64,000 nucleotides of DNA, from positions 297,422 to 361,421 of the forward strand of contig CAVPNU010000005.1 in assembly GCA_963706855.1 (NCBI GenBank), read 5' to 3'. The notes under the pieces are model-generated. The model searched no databases, was not told where the DNA came from, and saw nothing but the letters and a program-made list of their open reading frames with translations. Below, piece by piece: positions 13,132 to 23,912 of this stretch (the first letter of the stretch is position 1; every line of letters starts with the position of its first letter). The position numbers and the translations under genes were made by a program. The stretch is from an uncultured Actinomycetota bacterium (GTDB lineage Bacteria > Actinomycetota > Actinomycetes > Actinomycetales > Dermatophilaceae).

Positions 13132-14067
13132 GTGATCGCGATCGTCTGCCCCGGACAAGGCTCACAGACCCCTGGCTTCCTCTCGCCCTGGCTGGAGCTG
13201 CCCGCCTTCCGCACGAGGCTCGAGAGCCTGTCCGAGGTCGCGGGACTCGACCTCGTGGCGCATGGCACCACCTCCGACGCCGAGACGATCAAGGACACGG
13301 CCGTCGCGCAGCCGCTCATCGTGGCGGCCGGGCTGGCCGCGGCAGCCGTCCTGCTCCCCGAGGGTCCCGGCTCCGCCGTGGGCGTGACCGCCGGGCACTC
13401 GGTCGGCGAGATCACCGCCGCGGCGTTGGCGGGAGTGCTGAGCGACCGTGACGCCATGACGTTCGTCCGCGAGCGCGGCCAGGGCATGGCCGCCGCCAGC
13501 GCGGTGACGGCGACGGGCATGAGCGCCGTGCTGGGCGGAGACCCCGCAGAGGTCGCCGCCGCGCTGGAGCGGCACGGGCTGACGGCCGCCAACGCCAACG
13601 GCGCCGGGCAGGTGGTCGCCGCGGGCACCCTCGAGCAGCTCGCCGCGCTGGCCGCCGACCCGCCCGCCAAGGCGCGGGTCATCCCCCTCCAGGTGGCGGG
13701 CGCGTTCCACACCCACCACATGGCCCCGGCCGTCGAGGCCCTCACGGCACTGACCGAGGGGTTCGAGACGCAGGCGCCCTCCGTGCCCCTGCTCTCCAAC
13801 GCCGACGGCGCCGTCGTGACCGACGGCTCCGAGGCGCTGACCCGGCTCGTCCGGCAGGTGAGCAGCCCGGTCCGCTGGGACCTGTGCATGCAGACCATGG
13901 TGTCGATGGGCGTCACCACGCTCATCGAGCTCACTCCGGCCGGCACGCTGGTCGGTCTCGCCAAGCGGGCGATGCCAGGAGTGACCACACTGGCAGTGAA
14001 GACGCCCGACGACCTCGCGGCGGCCCAGCAGCTCGTCACCGACCAGACCCACGCCTCGAAGGACTGA
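13132..14067 (+). CDS. fabD: malonyl-CoA:ACP transacylase
   Basis: GTG start gives VIAIVCPGQGSQ. Active-site GHSVGE motif present. Intact. Confidence 0.9.
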   Translation: MIAIVCPGQGSQTPGFLSPWLELPAFRTRLESLSEVAGLDLVAHGTTSDAETIKDTAVAQPLIVAAGLAAAAVLLPEGPGSAVGVTAGHSVGEITAAALAGVLSDRDAMTFVRERGQGMAAASAVTATGMSAVLGGDPAEVAAALERHGLTAANANGAGQVVAAGTLEQLAALAADPPAKARVIPLQVAGAFHTHHMAPAVEALTALTEGFETQAPSVPLLSNADGAVVTDGSEALTRLVRQVSSPVRWDLCMQTMVSMGVTTLIELTPAGTLVGLAKRAMPGVTTLAVKTPDDLAAAQQLVTDQTHASKD

Positions 14068-14068
14068 C

Positions 14069-15092
14069 ATGAGCACACCCACTCCCAAGGGCACCGGGAT
14101 CATCACGCAGGCGACGGGTGCCAGCCACAGCCGCATCCTCGGCGTCGGCGGCTACCGGCCGTCACGCGTGGTCCCCAACTCCGAGATCGTCGAGGCGATC
14201 GACTCCTCCGACCAGTGGATCCAGGAGCGCTCCGGCATCAAGAGCCGCCGCTTCGCCGCCAAGGACGAGTCCGTGGTCGACATGTCGGAGGCCGCGACCC
14301 GCGAGGCCCTGGCCTCCGCGGGCCTCGAGGCCGCGCAGGTCGACGCCGTGATCGTCGCGACGGTGACCCACCCGTACCAGACGCCTGCGGCCGCGCCGAT
14401 CCTCGCGGACCGGCTCGGCATCCGGGGTGCCGCGTTCGACATCTCGGCGGCCTGCGCCGGCTACTGCCACGGCATCAGCCTGGCGAGCGACATGGTCCGC
14501 GGCGGCTCGGCCCAGCACGTGCTCGTGGTCGGCGTCGAGAAGCTCTCCGACTTCACCGACCCCACCGACCGCGGGTACGGCGTTCATCTTCGGCGACGGT
14601 GCCGGGGCGGCCATCGTCGGCCCCAGCGACACCCCCGGCATCGGGCCCACCGTGTGGGGCTCGGACGGCTCCCAGTGGCGGACCATCTCCCAGCGCGACA
14701 GCTGGGTCGAGCTCAAGGACGCCGACGGGCTCGGCTCCCCCGCCATCGGCATGGCGGGCCAGGCCGTCTTCCGCTGGGCGGTCTGGGGCATGGCCCCGGT
14801 CGCCCAGAAGGCGCTGGACGCCGCGGGCGTGCGCGCCGAGGACCTCGACGCCTTCATCCCCCACCAGGCCAACATGCGGATCATCGACGCGATGATCAAG
14901 CAGCTCAAGCTGCCGCAGGACATCCCCGTCGCGCGGGACATCGCCGAGACCGCGAACACCTCGGCCGCCTCGATCCCCCTGGCCACCGAGCGGATGCTGC
15001 GCGAGGGCGAGGCGCCCCACGGCGGGCTCGCCCTGCAGATCGGGTTCGGCGCCGGGCTGGTCTACGCCGCGCAGGTCGTCGTCCTGCCCTGA
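14069..15092 (+). CDS. fabH: beta-ketoacyl-ACP synthase III. Frameshift near 14575.
   Basis: N-terminus ...AACAGYCHGISLA (active Cys) is in one frame. ...HQANMRIIDAMIKQL...GFGAGLVYAAQVV is in the 14427-15092 frame. An extra G in cgcGGGtac explains the shift. Confidence 0.85.
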
Positions 15093-15176
15093 CAGACTCC
15101 CGCTGGTCCGCGGGTGAACCGGGCCGACCAACGCAGTCACACCCATCGCACATCAACCACTAAGGAGCTGAGCCAG

Positions 15177-15425
15177 ATGGCGCAGAGCGAGCAGGAGATC
15201 CTCGAGGGCCTCGCGGAGATCGTCAACGAGGAGACCGGCCTCGACACCGAGTCGGTGCAGCCGGAGAAGTCCTTCACCGACGACCTCGACATCGACTCGC
15301 TGTCGATGATGACCATCGTGGTCAACGCCGAGGAGAAGTTCGGCGTCCGCATCCCCGACGACGAGGTCAAGAACCTCAAGACGGTCGGCGACGCGGTCAG
15401 CTTCATCGCCTCCAACCAGAGCTGA
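15177..15425 (+). CDS. acpP: acyl carrier protein
   Basis: 82 aa with the DLDIDSLSMM phosphopantetheine attachment motif. Confidence 0.92.
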   Translation: MAQSEQEILEGLAEIVNEETGLDTESVQPEKSFTDDLDIDSLSMMTIVVNAEEKFGVRIPDDEVKNLKTVGDAVSFIASNQS

Positions 15426-15535
15426 GCCTGACCGGCGCGGGGCGGCGGCGGCATACTCGTAGATCCGAGTGCCAGCCACCGCTCCGCGCCGGCGCACCAC
15501 CGACGCACCATCCCCACGAAGGAGCAGATCCAGCC

Positions 15536-16766
<1,231 letters not shown>

Positions 16767-16780
<14 letters not shown>

Positions 16781-17447
16781 GGCCGGGCCGCGTGTCCCCT
16801 ACTTCGTCGGCCGGGGCTTGCCGTTGGGCAGGAGCGGGATGGCTGACCAGCGGCGCTCGACGTGGTGCTCGACGTCGGGGTCGGGGTGGGGCTGGTCGCC
16901 GGCCTCGGGGCTGAGGTCGTCGAGACCGGGCGGGGCGTGACGCGCCGCGGTCTGGACGGCGACCGGGACTGCCCTGGACTGAGACCTGGACACCGATGCG
17001 CTGCGCGTCGGTGTGGCCGAGGTCGTCGGGCTCGCGGTGGTCGGGCTGGCGGTCGTCGGCGACGAGGACGGGGTCGTCGGCGATCGCCGGAGCCGGGTCG
17101 AGCCGGCGGCCACCGGCGCCTGGCTGCCGCGTCGAGGCGGCCCCGGCGTCCGGCATGAGGAACCCGAACACCGCCACGGTCGCCAGACCGGCGATCCACA
17201 GCAGCGCGACTCCGGGCACCGGCCGCCAACCGACCCGGCGCGAGGCGCCTCGATGCTGCACGAGCTCACGCAGGTAGGCGACAGCCGACGCCAGGGCGAC
17301 GGCGAGCACGAGCCACAGGCTCCAGGCGGCGATCGCCGTGCCCACGTTCAGCCGGGCGTCGACGATGCGCCAGGCGGACCACAGCAGCACGACGGCTGCT
17401 GCGGCGATGAGCCCGGCAGTGCGGGCGTTGCGGCGGGTCACTGGCAC
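16767..17447 (-). CDS. hypothetical membrane protein with a Pro/Asp-rich low-complexity C-terminus. C-terminal frame uncertain.
   Basis: Three predicted TM helices at the N-terminus. The 16799 frame gives an alternative C-terminus. An internal 15-bp tandem repeat lies at about 16990-17110. Confidence 0.35.
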
Positions 17448-17535
17448 CTCCCAGGTCTGGCGGTCAGCGCGACAGACTACCGGGAATGCCCCAAAAGCCC
17501 GGAAAGGAGCAGGTCAGCGGGCTGCCGGAAGGCGG

Positions 17536-18051
17536 TCAGCCGACCTTGTGCAGCCAGCGCACGGGAGCCCCGTCACCGGCATACCGGAAGGGCTCCAGCT
17601 CGGCGTCCCACTCGCTGCCGAGCAGCTCGTCGATCATCTCCGCCATCGCCTCCGGCGAGCCCTGGGCGAGCCGGATGACCTCGCGCAGGCGGTCCTCGTT
17701 GACGACCGCGTCGCCGCTGGCGGAGGTCCACGTGTGGTGGATGCCGAGGCGAGGGGTGTGCGACCAGCGCGAGCCGTCGCTGCCGGCGCTCGGCTCCTCG
17801 GTCACCTCATAGCGCAGGCCGTCCCAGCCGCGCAGCGAGGAGGCGAGCTTGGCGCCGGTGCCTTGGACACCCGACCACGGGAACTCCGCGCGGACGAGTG
17901 AGGCACCGGCAGGCTGAGGGGTCCAGTCGATGGAGAGCGGGCTCTGCAGAACCGCCTCCAGCGCCCACGTGATGTGCGGGCACAGCGCTGCTGGGGTGGA
18001 GTGAACGAACACCACCCCGCGGGTCATGACACGCGGCATCGCGACAGACAT
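17536..18051 (-). CDS. DUF3145-like conserved actinobacterial protein
   Basis: Intact 171 aa, high GC3, acidic C-terminus. Confidence 0.55.
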   Translation of the reverse strand: MSVAMPRVMTRGVVFVHSTPAALCPHITWALEAVLQSPLSIDWTPQPAGASLVRAEFPWSGVQGTGAKLASSLRGWDGLRYEVTEEPSAGSDGSRWSHTPRLGIHHTWTSASGDAVVNEDRLREVIRLAQGSPEAMAEMIDELLGSEWDAELEPFRYAGDGAPVRWLHKVG

Positions 18052-18126
18052 CCGGGCCTCCTTGGTGTGCGAGGGACGTCTTCCCCACGAACCTCTGCAC
18101 GGGTGGCTCGGCTGATGCCGTGATCT

Positions 18127-19814
18127 TCAGTTGCTGTGCGTGGCCCATTCTGCACCATGGATCACATCTGCACCAGCGCTTTCACCTGTGCCGCCACCGG
18201 CGCGGCGGATGACGACCCCGGCGGGGATGCTGCTCGCCACCGCCACAGCGGCGAGGACCGTGAGCGTCGCCCGTGCGTCCCAGCCTGCTGCCAGACCGGC
18301 CAGTGCGGTCCCGGCGGAGGAAAAGGCCACCTTCGTTCCCGCGACCGTCACGAAGACGGATCCGCGGGCCTCGGGGGGTGCGTACTCGCCGCGGGCGGCG
18401 AGGCTCAGAAGCCGTGACGACTGCCAGGGCGGGACCGTCGGGGGTGCGACGAACACGGCCAAGGACTGCGTAGGCGGCCACGACGGCTGGGAACCATCGT
18501 TCGAGCAGGACGACGGCGACCAGTGGTGGTGCGAGCGCGGCGACGAAGAGCACCATCCCCCGGTCCGGCTCCATCCTCAGGGGGCGGACGGTCAGGGCAA
18601 GTCCGCCGACCAGGCTGCCGAGTCCGAAAGCCACCGCCACCCACCCGCCGTAGCCGGTGGCCTGCTCCTCACCCAGGCTCATCCCCGTGAGCAGGGCGGC
18701 GGAGACGAGGAAGGCCCCGACCCAGGTGAGCAGCGCGACCCGTCGCAACGGGGCATGACGCAGCACTGCGGACAGCCCGGAGCGGGCCGCATCTGGTGAC
18801 GGGTGGGCGGGTTCGGTCGAAGAGCATGGGGTCGTTGGTCGTGGTGCGCATCGACGCGATCGCGGAGCTGGTGGCCGCCGCACAGGGAGGCGAAGGACGA
18901 CGTAGCCCTGGCCGACAGGCCATCGAGGGACCTCAGGCCGCCAACCGCGACTCCCGCCGCGGGGCGACGACCGCGGCGGCGAGCCGCTGCGACGAGGACC
19001 GGGGCGCCGCTACGGCGAGCGTAGGTGAGGCGTCGACCGCGCGCAGGCGCCGTGATCACGACCACGGCCAACGCAGCGAGGACCACGGACGCCACCGCTG
19101 TCCGAGCAGTGACCACATGGCTCCCCCGCGTCAGGGCGACCACCATGGCATACGCGACGGCCACGGCGAAGGCCGTCAGCCCCGAACGCTTCGGGCCGTG
19201 AGCGGACAAGGCGGGAGCAGCTGCCACAGCAGGATCACCTGTATGGCGACCAGGACGAACGCCTCGCGGAAGAAGTTGCCATCAGGGCTGTCAAAGCCGT
19301 GCAGGCGATCGCGGTCGGGTGCCAGCGCAGGGAGACGGCCACGAGGACCAGGAGCCCGAGCCCGTGAGAGTGCGACGGTCCCGAATCGTCAGCGCGACGC
19401 AGGTGGCCAGCACAGCACCGAGGAGGACGCCGATACCGAGCGACGGGGCCGACCCGAGTCCCTCGGTGCCGACCAGGAGCCGACCGGCCCAGTCCAGCCA
19501 CGTGCCCGGGACGAACGGGACGTCCTTGGTATCGCCGAGTGCTCGACCGCGACGTAGGTGGGCACGAGCACGAAAGCGTCCATGACGATCCCGAGGATGG
19601 CGAGGCCCGCCCAGCGCGCAAGCGTCACCCACGGCCGTGGCCACTCGGATGGCTTCGCCACGATCATCGCGCACACGATCAGACCCGAGGCCAGGGTGGC
19701 CATCGATGCCGTGTAGAAGTGCAGCACCAGCAGACGAAGAAGAGCAGCGGCGTCAGCCACGCCACCCGGCGGCGCTCGCGCACCAGAGCGCCAGCGTCCG
19801 CCCACAGCAACCAT
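18127..19814 (-). pseudogene. MFS transporter, reading frame broken at least four times
   Basis: TM-rich pieces lie in frames 19389-20123, 19291-19674, 18679-19227, 18182-18883 and 18127-18462. Frameshift density is higher than in neighbouring genes, so this may be a true pseudogene or an error hotspot. Confidence 0.5.
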
Positions 19815-20151
19815 GACGGTTACGCGTGCGGCCGGCCACCCAGGCAATCGGGTGTGACAGGAGCTGTATCGCCGGACACGACGTCGAGTCGGGGCACGCA
19901 AGCGAAGCGCCGGCCAGAGAGGGCTGGTGAGGAGCGCGGTAGCGATGCGGCGGGCCGGCCTCCCGGTGCGGGCCGCCAGGCGCCGCGCTCCAGCACCGTG
20001 CGTGCGCCGGTCGCGCCGGCGTCCATACAGCGCACCAGAACCGCCGCCACCATGAACGCCCCCAAGCGTTTTCCGAACACAGCGACACCCCTTCAACCGG
20101 TTACGTGTATGCGACCTTGCCACCTGAGGCGTAACCCGTCAAACTGGTGAC

Positions 20152-20701
20152 ATGAGCATGGTGCACATCGCGGGGAACACGGCGCTCGACTTCGTGGGCA
20201 CGCTCAGCGAACGCGGAACGGCCGACGAAGAGGGCCTGGTCGACCGTGCCGCCCTGGCTGCCTGGTACGTCGATGCCGGCCTGGTGGACCGGCCTCCCGC
20301 GGTGAGTGGATCCGATCTCGTGGCGGCCCGGCAGCTCCGCGAGCACCTGTACCTGCTTGCGTGTGCGCCCTGGTCGAGGGATCTCCGCCACCAGAGCGCA
20401 GCCGGTCGGCTCTCAACCGTGTCGCGCGTCGGCAGGGACCCGCGCAGACGCTCGGCCCTGACGGTCGACGGGCGCGCCGGGGTGACGCTGACGCCTGCCT
20501 CGCCGCTGTCGCCCAGGCTGGCGTGGAGCTGTTCGCGGACCGGACCGACGGGGCCGTCCGGTGCGCTGGGTCTGCGCCGACGACCGCTGCACGCACCCCT
20601 TCCTCGACCGCTCCCGAAACAAGCTGCGGCGCTGGTGCGACATGGCCACCTGCGGGGATCGCGCCAAGGTCCGCCGCTACCGCGGCACCCCTTCCGCCTG
20701 A
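20152..20701 (+). CDS. ABATE-domain / CGNR zinc-finger putative regulator. Frameshifts present.
   Basis: N-terminal ABATE-like segment (MSMVHIAGNTALDFVGTL...). The C-terminal CGNR zinc-finger RCTHPFLDRSRNKLRRWCDMATCGDRAKVRRYRG lies in another frame ending TGA 20699-20701. Confidence 0.6.
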
Positions 20702-20736
20702 TCCACCAGCGACGTGAGCGTGCGTATGCCGCGAGG

Positions 20737-23700
20737 TCAGGAGTCCTCGGCTGGAGGCCGATCACCGACGGGCAGAGTGAACGAGAACGTCGCTCCGCCA
20801 CCGGGCGTGGGGCCGGCGCAGATGCGGCCCCCGTGCTGCTCGACCAGCCCGCGGCAGATGGCGAGCCCCAGTCCGCTGCCGCCATGGTGGCGGGTGTCGG
20901 AGGAGTCGGCCTGTCGGAAGGGCTCGAAGATGACGTCGAGGTCACGGGCCTCGACTCCCCTGCCGTGGTCGGCGACGTCGAAGCGAACGTCGTGACCGGT
21001 GACCGTCGTGCTCAGCTCGACGGTGGAGCCAGCGGGTGAGAACTTGATCGCGTTGCCGATCAGGTTGGTCAGGATCTGGATGACTCGGTCTCCGTCGGCC
21101 AGGACCACACCGGGCGTGCCACCGATCGCGACGCGCACGTCTCGTTCGGTGGCCAGGACGGCGGTCTCCTCGACGGCGGTGGCGATGAGCGCTCTGACGT
21201 GGACGGTGTCGCGATGCAGGGCGAGCTGGCCCGCGGCGATGCGCTCCACGTCCAGGATGTCGGTGATGAGTCGGATGAGGCGGTCGGTGCTGGTCATGGC
21301 CACGTGCACCATGCGAGTGGCCCGGGGTGGCAGGGGCCCGGCGACGCCCCCGTCGAGGAGACCCAGGGCGCCGCGGATCGATGTCAACGGCGTGCGCAGC
21401 TCATGGCTGACCACGGAGATGAACTGGTTCTTCAGGCGCTCGAGAGCACGGCGTTCGCTGACGTCGCGGAAGACGACGACCGTGCCGGCTTCCTGCCCGT
21501 CCTGCACGATGGGGGCCGCGATGGACTCGGACTCGAAATGGGTGCCGTCGGCGCGGCGGTGTCGGCTGATGTTCCGACGGCCGGTCGCGTCGGGCTCATC
21601 GCCATCGCTGTCCGGCTCGGTGGGGATCACCTCGGCTTCGAGGCGACCGACCATGTCTTCGCGGGACCGTCCGAGCAGCGCGGCGCCGGCGTGGTTGACG
21701 AACGTGACCCGACGCGGCGGTATCCAGCCCGTAGATGCCTTCGCCTGCCGAGTTCAGGACGGTCTCCAGCTGGGTGGACAGCTGCTCGAGCTGTTGGGCG
21801 TGACGGGTCTGACGCAGCTCGGCGCGGTGACGTTCGACGACTCGGCCCAGCTGGGTGCCGACCTGGTCCATGATCCGCAGGAGGTCATCGGGGGGCTCCA
21901 TGGCCTGGGAGCTGAAGAACTCCAGCACGCCGACGGGTTCGTGACCCACCAGGATGGGAAAGGCACAGGTGGCGACCAGACCGGCCCGGCAGGCGGCTTC
22001 GTAACGGACGAAATGCGGGTCGGCCTCCAGGGGAGACAGGTAGACCGGCGAGGGGTTCGAGAGCATGGCGTGGACCAGCCTCACCTGACGCGTGGAAAGC
22101 GCCTGCGTGGCGTCCCGGAAGTCGGCGAACGCACCGGCGTCTGCTCATACCAGACCGAGTGCGCAAGAGCCGTGGGGTCGTCGTGGTCGGTCAGGTAGGC
22201 GTGGGCCAGCTGCCACCCGCCGAACTGGGCGAAGGACTCCAACGCGGCGCTCAAGGCCTGCTCCACCCCGATGGCCGAGTTCGACGCGGTGGCGACGGTG
22301 CTGAGCAGTTCCAAGGTGCGCGCCTGGTGCTGCAGCGCCAGCTCGGCGGCGTGCCGCTCGGTGATGTCTCGGGTGACCTTGCCGAACCCTCGGAGCTGCC
22401 CCTGCTGGTCGTGTAGCGCGGTCAGGACCGCGCTGGCCCAGAAGCGGGACCCGTCTTTGCGGACGCGCCACCCCTCGTCCACCGCGCGACCCTGCACGCG
22501 GGCGGTCTCCAGCTGACGTTCGGGTTTCCCCGCCGCGACGTCCTCCTCGGGGTAGAACACCGAGAAGTGCTGGCCGAGGATGTCCTGCTCGGCGTAGCCC
22601 TTGATCTGCTGCGCGCCGGCGTTCCAGGTGATGACACGGCCGGTGGGATCGAGGTTGTAGATCGCGATGTCGCGCACCTGGGCTACCCACAGCCGCAGGT
22701 TGTCCTGGCTGTCGTGGAGGTCAGCCTGGAGGCGTCGCTTCTCGGTGACGTCGCGGAAGCTCCAGACCCGGCCCGTGATGGCGTCGCCGACGCGCTCCGG
22801 TTGGGAGTAGCGCTCGAAGACTCGGCCGTCGCGGAACGTCAGCTCGTCGAAGCTGGTCATCTCCGGGTGGGAGTAGAGCTGTTCGACCCTGGCGATGAAA
22901 CCGTAGGGGTCCACGAGGTGGTCGACGACGGAGGCCATCACGCGGGCGTCGCTACCGGACTCCAGCAGGTGTGGGTCGAGCCCCCACATGCGGGCGAAGG
23001 TCGGGTTGTGCCCGACGATCCGGCCCGCGCGGTCCACGACCAGGATCCCGTCGACCGTCGACTCCAGCGTCGCGGACAGCAACGCCTCCGAGGAGGCCAT
23101 CTGGTGGTGTTCGCCGGCCGGACGATGGCCAGAGCTGCCAGCTGGGCCGCCCACTCGGGCAGGTCAGCGTCGGCTTCCGGGGGCTGCACCCCGGGCGGGT
23201 ATCGCAGCACGAGGCGTCCTAGCACCGCACCGGTGGCCGAGTGAATGGGCGTGGTCCGCACCGGACCGTGAGGGTCGCCGGCAGCTTCAGAACGATCCAC
23301 ACCGAGGGCCCCCACCGCCATCCCGGGTCCGCCGGTGGCGGTGAGGTCATCGGTCTCGATGACGCACCGGGCAGGCCCGCTGAGCCGTTCCACTGCGCGT
23401 ACGAGCAGCATCAGTGCCTGTGCCAGCTCTGCGCCAGCGGCCACTGCTTCGACGATCTCGACGTGGGCGGCCAGCTTCAGCTCGGTGCGCTTGCGGGTGG
23501 TGATGTCCAGCAGGAAGCCGTGGAGCAGCCCCTCGCCGTCGGGTCCCTGCTCCATGACTGCGTCATCAAGGACCCACACGACCTGCCCGTCGGGACGGAT
23601 GACCCGGTACTCCGAGCACGCCCGACCGCAGGTGTCGGCGGCAGAACGCTCCTGGGACAGGACCATGCCCTGGTCATGAGGGTGGATGTGGGCCATCCAG

Positions 23701-23900
23701 ATACCCGGGTCGCTCTGAAGCTGCTCGGCGGTGAAGCCCAGAATGCGGCTGACTGCACCACTGACATACAGCCATCGGCCGATCGGGCCCGGCTCGGCGA
23801 CGTACGTGGCCAGGCCCAGCCGCTCAGCCAGCGCGGACTCGGCAAAACGGGGAACGCCCACGGCGCCCCGCAATGATCTTCCCGTCTGCTCGCCAGTCAC
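20737..23900 (-). CDS. large cytoplasmic sensor histidine kinase of about 1050 aa (PAS-GAF-PAS-PAS-GAF-PAS-HisKA-HATPase_c). Three frameshifts.
   Basis: Pieces 22938-23900 (PAS/GAF), 22081-23154 (two PAS), 21596-22084 (GAF) and 20737-21654 (PAS tail, HisKA SHELRTPLTSI, HATPase N/G boxes) join into one protein with no TM segment. Shifts near 23100, 22085 and 21710. Confidence 0.75.
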
Positions 23901-23912
23901 GCTCGTCCTTCC

